DNA of 64,000 nucleotides, from contig OX597820.1 of the NCBI GenBank assembly GCA_951406725.2, forward strand, positions 60,822,001 through 60,886,000, read 5' to 3'. The stretch comes from Octopus vulgaris. Taxonomy: Eukaryota. Both the position numbers and the translations under genes were made by a program. Below, in pieces: positions 43,621 through 56,608 of the stretch. Numbering within the stretch: the first letter of the stretch is position 1; each line of letters begins with the position of its first letter. Below the pieces are notes generated by a model that searched no databases, had not been told where the DNA came from, and saw only the letters and a list, made by a program, of their open reading frames with translations.

Positions 43621-43772
43621 TATATATATATATATATAATATTTCGCTTGGGTAGGACAACACTAATAACCCGGTGTTAGAATTAAATATACATATGCTT
43701 CGGAATGAAGTGTTAGTCAATTACGAAAAATAAAATGAGAAGGGAACAGGAAATTATGTAATGAACTTCATT

Positions 43773-43853
43773 AGCTCACTGCTGTTTCTGCTATAAGATG
43801 CAGTGCACTCAAAGCTGAGTGTTTGTTTATCACCTTATAGCTTCCTCGGAGCT
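43773..43853 (-). ncRNA. Degenerate hammerhead motif with long stem II
   Basis: AGCT-CCGAGGA-A-GCTATAAGGTG...CATCTTATAGC-A-GAAA-CAGCAG-TG-AGCT; 11-bp stem II, core substitutions at U4 and H17. Confidence 0.45.
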
Positions 43854-43984
43854 TTTAAAATGAAATGTAACTTAATTTGGGGAAGGCATTTATATAAGTA
43901 GAAAAGTTTACCGTCGACAAATGAAAAAAAGAATACATAAGAGATGATATATACAGTTCGAAGATTAAGAGCTATACCCAGCCT

Positions 43985-44354
43985 CCGTGATCATTTTCTT
44001 CCCGACACATAACCTTCTATCGCACCAAACTTCAATCCACTGGACATTACGTATGGGGCATTACGTATAGTCGAGAGAGAGGTCAATCAACACCGTCATA
44101 ACATTATACAATCTGTCAAGTCCGCCATAATCAGGACTATATCCAAAAATCATAAAGATTAACTGATTCGGAAATGCCAACGCTTCCGACCCTATATTGA
44201 ACCAGTCATTGATGCTAACAGTGGATTCATTGAATTGGAGTGATAGAAGAATTTGCAAGATTATTTGTACCACCTTGTTTTCAAATACAACTTTTCTTTG
44301 ATGAGATATGCGTCTTTGTCTAAATTCATACCTAAAAATATCTGACGCAGCCTG
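43985..44354 (+). mobile_element. 3' half of a DD37D/maT-like mariner transposon
   Basis: PNFNPLD..VWG..VEREVN..RHN...AI...CQRFRP.IE.VI.A..GFIE; right TIR ...ATCTGACGCAGCCTG followed by TA. Confidence 0.75.
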
Positions 44355-44885
44355 TATATACATACGCGTGTGTATGAATGTATGCATGTATGCATGCATG
44401 TATGTATGTATGTATGTATGTATGTATGTATGTGTGCATGTGTGTATGTATGTATGTATGTATGTATGTATGTATGTATGTATGTATTGTTACAGCTGTT
44501 ATATGTAAAGCTGTCGACAGATTATGGTCTGTGTATCAGTCAAGTATTTCTGCCGTTGTTTGCCGTGATCGAAGTAGCTATGCATGCTATATGTTGAAGA
44601 GTGCTAGAGATATGCGACAAACAGTTTTGACTTAAATTGATTCTCGCCGTGCAGACATTGTTTATTCACTAGATATTTTTACCGTTAACATATCATACAA
44701 ATAAATTATGAAACTTTCAGCGTAACTTATCCATTTATTTTCCATTACTTTGTTTCAACTCTGAACTACTTTTAATCGTTTGTATAAGTCCTCGTCTGAG
44801 TATATTTGTATAGTATATAGAAAACAAATTTTGTCTAGTAGAAGTTTACATTACTATTTTTATGTAATTTGCAAATTGTATAAAA

Positions 44886-44966
44886 TAAGTAAAGGAATTA
44901 CATTTTACAGAATAAGCAAAGGGATTACATTTTACAGAATAAGTAAAGGGGGTTTCACTTTACAGC
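44886..44966. repeat. 27-bp tandem repeat, three copies
   Basis: AATAAGTAAAGGAATTACATTTTACAG and variants. Confidence 0.8.
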
Positions 44967-45039
44967 AGGTGTGAATAATTTAAAGAAAGACCTTGATAAT
45001 AAATCCACAAGAATTTGGAATTTCCCACCCACGTAATTC

Positions 45040-45772
45040 TACGAGGGCTTGCTGAAAAGTTCCTGGCTTTGGGTAAACGGAAATGCAGGAGGATAAGTTG
45101 TTTATGATTTTATTCAACACTAGCAGTATCGCCCGGCGTTGCTCGGGTTTGTAAGGGAAATAACTATATAAACATTTTTAGAGAGTTACTTCCCTTATAG
45201 ATGCCAATTCGGGCTTTCTTAGCCATTTCTGTTTTGGTGTCTTCAAGCCATGAAGTCGTTGTTCTAAAAGAACGCTGGTCTCCTTGACAACGCTTTACGA
45301 CGTTGATTTCCTTACACTCCCTTCCCCACAGCTTCACGAGGGAGGGAAGAAGGGGGAGAAGCAAACAGATGCAGGGGTGACCATGGACGCCAACTCCGCC
45401 GCCATCGACACACGAAAAATTATGCATTAAAATGGAATAAAAAAATTATGTTAAATTATTTTTAAAATCGTAGACTCATCGTAGACGCACGCTAATACTC
45501 AGACGGGCTCGATATGAATCACGACTATAAGATACCCGAATTTGGTTAAACTGCACCGCAAAATGTGGGAGTAGTTAGGAATCTAAATCGAAGGGGACAG
45601 ACACTCACACAACTACAGTTTTATATATATAGATATTCCCCTCTCATATTCACACGCTTATTCCGGCAGTCTTTCAGTTTTCTAAGCTTTGTGAAAGACC
45701 TCGGAATGTTGGCCCTCCAATCAAGCAAATCCCGACACCTTTAAAGTCAGGAACTTTTCAGCACCCCTTCCT
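45040..45772. mobile_element. Mariner-type MITE split by a Helitron
   Basis: 45040-45119 plus 45634-45772 reconstitute the 32117-32338 element. Confidence 0.85.
45120..45633 (-). mobile_element. Non-autonomous Helitron (514 bp)
   Basis: Minus strand starts TC and ends with hairpin CCCGAGCAACGCCGGG then CTAG; inserted between A and T with no TSD. Confidence 0.9.
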
Positions 45773-48740
45773 TTTAATGCAGCGCAAAGACAATGCAATT
45801 TTATTTTTAACAAAAGAGAATCTTTTGTTGTTATCAATAGAACTTTTCATTGTATAATTTTGTTACCATACACTGACGCCTTCCGACAAAATTCTGAAAT
45901 GGTTACACAAGAAATAATTATAAAAATCGCATTAGAAAGATAAATCTTAAACTATATATTGAGTTGCCAGACAAATTTGTTTGTTTTTCACTCCATTTAT
46001 TTTAATCCTTTCCAATGTTATTTGAATATCTTTGAAGTTGTGTTTTGTGGGTTTTGTAACTCTATTATTTCTCCTCAACTTTTGCTTAAATATTTTGAAA
46101 TTTGAATAAATTTTATCTCTTTTCAGGCATATGATGATGGAATGCAAAGTAGCAAAAAACATATGGACTAGTCGCACCTTAAATTATTTGTTAATTCGAA
46201 TGAACTTGACAGTTTAGGAATTTGTTGAAGATGCAACTGATTTAGAAATAGAAAAAAAATATTTTTTATAAGAATGTAACTTATATTGATAAATCTAATT
46301 CATAACTTTTTACAGCTGAGCAGTTAAAGTATTCTAAGTAATTTTTTTTTCAACAAACAATAAAAAATATTCCCACAAAGAATACATAAAATTTATACAA
46401 GATGCATGATTTTGAGTAAGTAACATACATTAAGGTTGAATAGAGGTTACTGCATCTGTGCAAAGGATTCAAGGCTATCCAAAACAAACAATTCCAAGCT
46501 TCTATGAGATTCAGTGATCTTGATGTTGACCATAAAGTACCAGTGAAAATCGATTTGACAGTGGTTTGTACTGAGTCTCTTTTCACATTTGATTTATTTC
46601 TTTTTAAAGCGATATTTGCACACTGATCAAAGAGAATAGAAAAATGTAGGGGTCTAAAACATTTTTTGTGGTTGATTCCTCAGAAATATGATCACACCCA
46701 TAGGTTCTCAAGCATTTTCTGCTCATCTAAGGAGCAATCTCTCTGAACTAAAAATCATTCATACCGATCACCAAACGATTACACACGCGCACGCAAAACA
46801 ACACCTCACATCCTCACTAATCTACGACACTACATTTCTACACTTACACACCTCTCTACTTATAGATACTTTACACTGAACCACACACACGCCACCCTTC
46901 CTTAAGCCCGCTTCCAGATACAAATGCATTCATATACTTGTTTATACTCACCCGCTTTTCCTTTCCCTTCTTAACTCCACCTCATAGAATAGCATGTCTA
47001 TATAATTTCTAACACTTCACTCGTCTCTCTTTAGTATCACCCCACCTCTCTCTCTCACCGATTGTTTTTTCTTTCTCACTCTCTTTATGAGGGAACCTGA
47101 TCAAGAACCAACGTCCAAAACATTAAGGCACTTTGTTTTTCTTTCTATTAAAACGTTAAACCAATTAACTTATTCGTTCAACCCTATCCTTCCTGCATTG
47201 TCATTTTTTTTTATTGCTCTGAATAGCTACTCAAATTTTCCTTAAAGTCCGTGCGAATGATAATATATTGCTTGAAGCTTGTCTATAGATTAATAGGAGG
47301 TGGTTTATCCTCATATTTATTACTGTGCAAACAAAAGAAGCTAACGAATTCTAATTATTTACAATGCGCTGACTCTAATACTAATAATCAAATAATTATA
47401 TATGTATGAGAAAGCGGAAAGTAATACCACTGTGAGACTACACATGAGAACAAGGTCATAGTATTCATTTGTTTGAATGAGATACGGTATCTTGGTTTAC
47501 GTTTACTTTATTATATCCATTATGTAAAGGGACATTTTATACAATTAATATAATTTGCTTGATGAGCAGCGCATCACCAACTGAAGAAGACCAGTGGTTG
47601 TGGGTTAATATATACTGATTCCTTTCTTGCGCTTCTTCTTTACGTAACGAATCTTTTCTTTTTCTATTCTTCGTTTTTTACATGAATTCGACATTAGTGT
47701 TTCTCAATACAAGATAGGCATTGATTAGACGATAACCATAATAATAATTATTATTATTATCATGTAATTATTCATGTTGTTAGAGTTATAAAGGAGTGTT
47801 TTGAAAGGAAAAGAAAGCAGTTTCACTGTTTCAAATTCATTCACGAAATACTTAAGGGGGAAAGAAAACCAAAAGCAAAAATAAACAAAAAAAAATCAGC
47901 ACTTAGTTGAGAAAGCCTGTTTTCAAGCCATTCGCCATATTGATAGTTCTTTACGGTTTATTATTGCAGGTTTCCTGTCAAACTTAAATTAACCAAATGT
48001 ATACATGAGCCACGCCTTTACTCAGTTTAAAAGATTGTACTCAAACATTCAACATAAGTCAAATAATGATGTCTACTGTTCGTCACCAGCAAACAAATGA
48101 TGTTAGTATACATCAAGTAGATCTTTTATCATACATGCAATCATTAAAATCTCATACTGAATCTTACGTTTCAAAAACCAATTGTTTAAATATTTAAATA
48201 AATGTTAAGGCACTTTTTCATGTAAGAATTGTCAGTTTAACTTGTATAAGGATTTAAATATTTTCCTTTGGAAGGTTCGATATAAAAAATGTCAGGTAAG
48301 TTTCTAGTTGTTCAAAATGTTATAGCTAACAAACATCATACCATATTTTACTGAATTAATTACACGGACAAATGATCTGCAAAGTCATTGTAAAAGATTC
48401 AGGCCAATTGCAGTGGCATTTTACTTAGTTATTACTGTATTGATAATCGTTAAGCTATATATCATGGAAAACACAAATTGTTGATATCAGGGTCGTTAGC
48501 CATATTGTCACGAGTTAGCAACCTTGAGAATTGGGTTTCAGACAAGATTCATGAATTTATTCCATTTAGAGACTAGCTCGATAAAATAGTCTGTAAGAAT
48601 CTTAAAATCTATAAAATTCTGCAAATGAAGCACCCTTGGTTATTTATTTCAGAAGAGTTTAATCGTTACGAACCGTCTGTGGAGTGAACGTTTCTTCAGC
48701 TACGAAAGCCCCTACTTATCTCTTAGCATTCTTGTAAATT

Positions 48741-49133
48741 AGCAATAATAAATCTCTGAAGGAGGTATAGACAGTAATTGCACGACAATGTGAAGTATAT
48801 TTGCCATCTCAATATGGCTAACCACTAAGGGTGGATGTTACTGTAGCTTGTAGCCCCAGGAGAACATATTCTCCAGCTGGCTATTGACACACTTTCTGAA
48901 CTCTATCGACAACCGGTGATTATCGTGCGCTGATGACAGGTCAATACCCAGAAACTGCAGTCCGTGCGTATCACTTAGGTTGACGAGGGAAGGATGACCT
49001 CCCTTTGCAAATACCGATAGGAACACAGAAAGCGTGGCAATAGCCAGCTGGAGAAGATGTTCTCCTGGGGCTACAAGCTACAGTAACATCCACCCTTAGT
49101 GGTTAGCCATATTGAGATGGCAAATATACTTCA
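48741..49133 (+). mobile_element. TSD-flanked fold-back element carrying a hammerhead ribozyme
   Basis: 14-bp direct repeat CATTCTTGTAAATT at 48727-48740 and 49134-49147; inverted arms 48787-48898 / 49026-49137 with 3 mismatches. Confidence 0.85.
48910..48982 (+). ncRNA. Type I hammerhead ribozyme (palindromic loop III)
   Basis: CGTGCG-CTGATGA(48930-48936)-CAGGT caat ACCCA-GAAA-C TGCA G-TC(48961-48962)-CGTGCG; stem I extends via GTGAT/ATCAC and CAACC/GGTTG. Confidence 0.8.
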
Positions 49134-50489
49134 CATTCTTGTAAATTCTTTTCTTTCTTTATCATCTCTGAACCCGAGGAGAGATAAGTATAATAACTCC
49201 TAACTGATAAACCTGAAACACCGAATTGTTTCGTATATATAGAGTTAGTGAAATAACATAAATACATAGTTGCGATGAGATACAGCGAGTAAATAGCGAA
49301 TAATTATTATAATGTAGACAAGGCAAATTGTCAGATATACATTAACCTATAAAATTGAATCAAGGGTTTCGCTTCATTTTCCTGTAGACGTAATATTTTT
49401 CATGGCAAGATAATATTTGATGTCCAAAGAAGAAGAGGCATATAAATTAGCAGTAAAACAGTTTGAGATTACGTGTCTAAGATTATAATCTTTCTGTGTC
49501 ACCAAGTGCAAACTTTAACAGCTTTATGAACAAGCAAATATTTTATAAGTAAACTAAGGTGTTGCATGTCAATATATCTATTTTATTTAATCAAGATAAT
49601 ATTATTACTCGTGTCATACTACATGGTGAGGAGGCCTCTATACACCTGTCCACATTGCTAGAAATATCAACGAAATTTTGCTCAAATTAGTACATACTAT
49701 CTTTAAAAAAATAAAGAACACATTGGATACTATAGTTCCCGAAGCAAAGGATGATCAGAGATGGAATGTGACCATAAGTCAGCTAGATCAAGACTGAAAT
49801 GGGGCAAAACAACAACAAACACAAAAATAACTTGAAATCATTAAAATACATACCTTTCCTGCATTAGTTACCTAGTTAGTCACACGATTGTTTTATGCGT
49901 TATGAGTCCCTCACATTTCCTTAATTCTATACGAATATATTTGTTCAATGGACATGTAATGTACGCACAAACCGTAAAATTTACATGGAAAGGGAAATGT
50001 AAAACTGAGATACTTGAGTCACTTTTGCAAAGTCATTGAATTAGTTGAAACTATGTAAAGAGAGAAACCGAATTACAGTTAGGATTCCTAATTCAATTTC
50101 ACATTGTGTTTTCTGCCATTAAGTCTACTTTGATAGTAAATTCTGAGATATATATGACGCATGTGAGTCTTAGAGGAACAAGTACTTAAAAATCGTCAAC
50201 AAAGTTTGTATAATTAGGTTTAGTAATTGTTTAATTAGTTTTATTGACCAAAATAACACCTCTGTATAATAGGCAAGTTTTTCCTTATTTTCTATGTTTT
50301 CTAAAACTAATCTGCCACTAATATATGATTTCAACTTCTCTGAATTTACCGAGACTCACCTCCCCTTCTCTCGTAAACTTTACTGTGTCTCGTACCTCAG
50401 ATCTTCCTTCCCAAAACTTCCTGGCATTGAATCTCCTACCACGGAGGTGTGGAAGCTGTATATTAAACATTCTGGCCATACCAGCCTAA

Positions 50490-52655
50490 AGTGACTTGCA
50501 AGGTTCATGAAACACCCAAAGCGTTTGTGGACATTCCAGCACCCATCTGGATCTTATTCACAAATTGACTACATACTTGTGAGAAACAAGTGGAAGAACA
50601 GTGTCCGAAATGCACAGGCATACTCCTCCATCGCATCTGTTGGCTTAAATTATAGAGTTGTTTCTATATGCACTGTTCTCTGCCTCAGATCATCAAAACC
50701 ACCAGTCCCAAACCCCATGAAACAGGTGGACTGGTCCAAGATATCATCAGCTAAAGATGTAGTGCACTCAATTGCTGTAGATGTTAAAAACCGTTTTGAA
50801 ATGCTCTCAGAACACTCTGACATTGAAACACAATATAACCTCGTAAAAGCCACAGATGAAATTTCCCTTTCAAAACTATGCAAGAAGGAAAGAATAAAGC
50901 ACAGATCAATTCATGCAGATGTCCGTGTGAGAGAAGCAAGGAAGCATCTAGAAAGATCGAAACTTAGATATGAACAGAGGCCTACTAAATAGAACTTCAA
51001 AGATGCTTCCAAAGCTCAAGGAACACAGGATGAGGCATATGCCAATGTAGAAACAGAATACATTCTAGATGAGATTAACTAAATTGCAAACTTGCATACT
51101 GCAAAGCAACATGCTGCAATATGGTAATTAATAAACACACTAACTGAAAGAAAATTTAAGCCTTCCATCAGGCTTGAAGGTGGTTCCTCTGAGAAGCGCA
51201 AGGCCAACTGGTTTGACCACTTCAGAAACTTCTTGAAGAACCACCGCAAACTAGCGGTCTTCCACTTCCTCTACACCAAATATCTAATGTATTAAGCATC
51301 ATCAAGGAACCTTTTCCCATTGGATGAGCTCAAAGTAGTTCTCAGTAGTTTTACTAACAATAAATCTCCAGAACTCGATAACATACCAACATTACTATGG
51401 AAACATCCAATATTTCATGAGATCTTACTAGGTTTCTGCAACGACACATATGCACAACATTTGCCTTCATCAGCTTGATTGAAGGGTGGAATTGTCCTTG
51501 TCCCCCAAAACAGGTTATCTAACAAGTACAGCAAATTATAGAGGAACTACTCTGATCCCTATTGCAGCAAAAGTTTATAACAAAATTCTGCTTAGTGGTA
51601 TTGTACCTATGCTTGATCCATTTCTTCGTAAAATCAGAATTGGTTTAGGAGGGGCCGGGCAACAGCTGCTCAAATCCTCTCCATCCGTCGCATGCTGGAA
51701 GAAATTAAAAATTTTAACAAGAGTGTCCCAATCTGTTTTGTCGACTTTCGCAAAGCATTTGATTCCAACAGCAGAGATGTTATGTTTAAAATCCTTCCAC
51801 TCTATGGTATTCCTCCCAGGATTGTTGATGCTATCAAAGCGCTGTACACAAACACCATTACTACAGTTATATCTCTTGGTAGAGAGACTGATTTCTTTGA
51901 AGTTGAAGCAGGTGTTCGCTACTTTCCTGTTCATAATTGTTCTAGACTATGTTCTACGAATTTCCCTAGACAGTATGGAGGAAAAGGAACTCTTTTTGAA
52001 ACCCCACCAGAGCAGTTGACATTGTGCACAATATGTAACTGATCTTGACTTTGCTGACAATCTTGCCTTGATATTCCATTGTATTAAAGATGCAGAATCT
52101 TTGTTACAAGCACTGGAGAAAGCAGCAAACCAGGTCGGCTTATACTGCAACGAGAGTAAGACAGAGTTAATCACGACCTCCTTGTTTGAGATGTATGTAA
52201 CAGATTTAATAAGATCTGGCACTCAAACCTTCCACTGATTGAGCCTGTCTTTCTCTATGGATCAGAGACCTGGACCTTATCGGATCTCTTAGAAAAACAA
52301 CTAGAGGGAACATATACCAACCTGTCCAGAAAGATACAGAGCATCAGTTGGAGGTCACACCCAACACTTAGTAACATCTATGGAAATCTGATACCAATAT
52401 CCCTCAAGCTAAAGCAGAATCAGCTACAATTTGCTTGCCACTGTCATCGAGCAGAGAAAGAGGTTATCTCATCCCTGATCAAGTGGTATCCCTCTGGAAG
52501 TGTTTTCTCCAGGAAACTGACATTTCCAGATACTACTCAGGGCCTCAGGGCTGTATATTAGAGATATGAACAAAGCAATGCAGAACCATGTAGTGTGGAA
52601 AGGGATTATCAATGAAGTTCTGACCAACCATAGGTTGGTCGAAGGATGATAATGA
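50490..52655 (+). mobile_element. Decayed 5'-truncated RTE-clade LINE (APE C-terminus + RT)
   Basis: WTFQHPSGSYSQIDYILVRNKWKNSV, NYRGTTLIPIAAKVYNKIL, CFVDFRKAFDS, FLFIIVLDYVL, DLDFADNLAL, LYGSETWTL; short (GAT)n-like tail. Confidence 0.9.
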
Positions 52656-52780
52656 CTTGCAAAAGAACTAAAAGACGCAGTCAAATATTGTTTGGTGTTG
52701 GATCACATATCCGAATCTGGACATGCTGGAAAACAGATTAGAAATTGTAGAACCAAACATATACTAAAACCCCATGCTTC

Positions 52781-53273
<493 letters not shown>

Positions 53274-53301
53274 CATATATGTATGTATGTATGTATGTAT
53301 G

Positions 53302-53335
<34 letters not shown>

Positions 53336-54303
53336 TGTATGTATGTATGTATGTATGTATGCATGTATGCATGTATGTGTGTATGTATGTATGTGTGTAT
53401 TTATTTATTTATTTATGCATGAATATATTAAAGTGCGTGAATTTGAATAAAAACTATTGCATCATTGCAAGAACAGTTTTTAATCGATTTGGTATAAATG
53501 AGTAATTGGTTGACTTTTATCGACTTCAGAGAAATGAAGGATAACATTAAAGCAGACAGAATTTGAAATGAAAATATAAAACCGTCAGTATTAAATACTA
53601 TAAGCATTTTTCATTCTTTACCACTTTTCCATACTGTATTGTGGTTTTTATACAAAATTAGCCCCACTAAAGTTCATGTAGCTTTCATAAAGGAAATTCT
53701 CACTTGCCGAAGAACGTACAATAACTTTTGGAAAATATTGTCGACTGAGCTATTAAGAATTATCACAAGCATTATATAACGTTCTTTCTTTTTCTTTGTT
53801 GGCTGACCGATTTTTTTTTGTTTGTTTTTGTTTTGAAAGTATATTTCTTTCACAGAGGATTGAATGCGTAGTTTGAGTAAACAGGTGCTTGCAACGGATT
53901 TAGTTGTACTTCATTTTCCTTTCAAATTGTACCCTGCAAGAAAAGGGAGAAAGCAACAGGCGGTCGTTATCAATGCAATAAACTTAAGATCATTAAATAT
54001 TTATGTCAATATCACCTTCCATAATTTTTGTTGGCAGATGTTTTGGCAAAGACAATGTCTTTATGAATATATTGATGAGTGAGATTTTATCATACTTACT
54101 GTTGTGCTTTCCTCTTTCCATCGATCAGTCACACGCTATCTCATCCATATTCTCTTTCACTCCATCTGGCATTCATTTTGCTTCTTTTTCCTATACATAT
54201 TTTTTTTGTTTTGTTTCTGCGTGTTCTTTATTTCTTATTTCCGTTATCAAGAATATATTTTTTGCTTAAACTATTCTCTATTTGCCCCTTTTCTTTTCCC
54301 TTT

Positions 54304-54307
<4 letters not shown>

Positions 54308-54368
<61 letters not shown>

Positions 54369-54503
54369 CATCTTCTTCATTGTACCTGTTGATTTTCTTT
54401 CAGCCACTTTACCCTTTTCTATTTTTTCTGTCTAACGTTAAAAAGTTTAACTTTTGTAAAACATACATACATCATACATACATACATACATACATACATA
54501 TAC

Positions 54504-54551
<48 letters not shown>

Positions 54552-54624
54552 CAAAAGTATATATATATATATATATATATTACAAAAGTATATATATATA
54601 TATATGTAAATATATATATATATG

Positions 54625-54656
<32 letters not shown>

Positions 54657-54700
54657 AGCATATATATGTAGATATCTCTAAGCATGTGTAATAGACAGAC

Positions 54701-54752
<52 letters not shown>
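54308..54752. repeat. (CT)n, (TACA)n, (TA)n and (GATA)n microsatellites
   Basis: Directly visible. Confidence 0.9.
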
Positions 54753-54754
<2 letters not shown>

Positions 54755-55437
54755 ATGTAGTTGGATCAGTCGAGTGATCGGGATAAAACGCTGTTGCTTA
54801 ATCTCTAGCATAGACATGGCTTGTATGGAAAAAATACAGCTGACTCGGTAACTGTTCAATAAGATTTATTAATCAATGTATCAAATGCAGTTCGTCGCAT
54901 ATTGAGACTAGACAGAAAATTCCAATAAGATGACTGGTGCTATGCAAACATTGCTTATAATGCGATAATCAGATCTTATAAATAAAAAGCATGGAGAAGG
55001 TATTTCAGTGCTACAGCTGTTTCAAAAGGATGTCGGGTATGAATACCTTGTAGCTGCTTGGTGTACTTTTTCAACAGTTACATGCGATTGTTTGGTTGAA
55101 AATAGTCCGCTGTAATGGAAAATGCAAACGAAAGCCGGTCTAGCAGAAAGAATGAAAAACGTGTGAGCGAAGATTGGAATCAGTAAAGAACCAATGGCAT
55201 GCCCTACTCACCGACTACCTTTTCGAGATATATTGGGATGTGGTTTCATTTCGTTACCAGCATATTCAGATTATCGTATTGGCTGCAGTAGATTATAATC
55301 TTATTGATGTATTATATGTGGCCTCAATAATGGGTAACCAGTACGCCGAAAGATGGAATGCTTGTCACCACTTCAACCTCATACACTACATCTTCAGAGT
55401 TGCCTCTCTCCCTATTCGCTGAATAACCAACAGTACA

Positions 55438-55483
<46 letters not shown>

Positions 55484-55794
55484 AAGTCAAATTGCGATAA
55501 AATAAAATAAATTATTATCGCTGGTATTTCTCGCACAAGCCATATATTATTCATATATCAGTACATTAAGGCGAAATATGTGCTAGAAACACAGAAGCTA
55601 GATAAATTTAGTGAAATGAAGATAAAAACATTTACTAACTCGGTTCCTCTTAGACTGCAGTTTCGTTCTTTTCAGCAATAAAGATAATTTATTTGCTCAG
55701 GGAGAATTCATCGGTAAGAGCCCTGTTGTTCTGAGATCCTAACTCACTAGAAGCATGTGCTTCTATATACATATATATACATACATACATACAT

Positions 55795-55826
<32 letters not shown>

Positions 55827-55979
55827 TATGTATATACATGTATATATATATATACATCTATATATACATATATATATATATGTATTTATGCATGTATGTA
55901 TGTATGTATGTATCTATGTATTTATGTATGTATACATTTATATACTTTATCTGTGAATTAAGGCTGCCATTGGTTTCAT

Positions 55980-56518
55980 AAGAAAAGTAGGAAAATACCC
56001 TAGTGTTTTAACAATTTTTCAGGCCGATCACATGGAGAAAAGTGTTCGGGCCTGATTTGGAAAACATGGTCTCGGTTAGTTCACGGAGATTCTCGTTAAT
56101 TCTCGTGAATAAAACACTAGATCAAAGTGGCATCTTTTGAATGTTTGCCTCCCTTTCCTGAACGTTAAATCTGAACACACATAGCACACAAACTCGACAC
56201 ACAGAAGAAATATGTTCCAATGACGAACTATCTGAGCACACAAGTATAGGCACACCACACCCAGAATAAAAACAAAATAATGCAAAAAAAATTGACCCCA
56301 CAACAGTTTGTCCCAAAGACAAATCCAAGGGAGGCAAATATTCGAATGATGCCACCCAAGATTAACATCCCTCGATCAATTATTTTATTCCCGATAATTC
56401 ACGAGTATCTCCACTAACTAAACGAAGCTGTGCTTTCCAAAATGGAGGCGAACACCCTTCTCCATGTGAACGGCTCGAAAAACTGTTAAGATACTAGGAC
56501 GTTTTCCTACTTTTCTTC
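55980..56518. mobile_element. Old MITE / fold-back element with ~120-bp imperfect TIRs
   Basis: AAGAAAAGTAGGAAAA..CCTAGT..TTAACA.TTTTTC..GCCG.TCACATGGAGAA..GTGTTCG at the left end and its reverse complement at 56393-56518. Confidence 0.7.
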
Positions 56519-56608
56519 TTAGCATGTTGCAAAATCAGCGACTGTGTTGCTTGAATTTATATTTATTGGAAGTAGAGGTGAGCTACTGCCATCTCTAGAA
56601 GACGTGGT

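Noticed and set aside
44886-44966. CRISPR-like short repeats (also 29392-29467 and 61290-61820)
   Set aside because: No unique spacers, no cas genes, eukaryotic context.
48665-48702. CTGAAGA...ACGGTTC-GTAA on the minus strand next to the fold-back element
   Set aside because: GAAA and the cleavage triplet are absent; too decayed to call.
55004-55030. GAAACAGCTGTA (HHR 3' half) on the minus strand
   Set aside because: No matching CUGANGA or stem II nearby.
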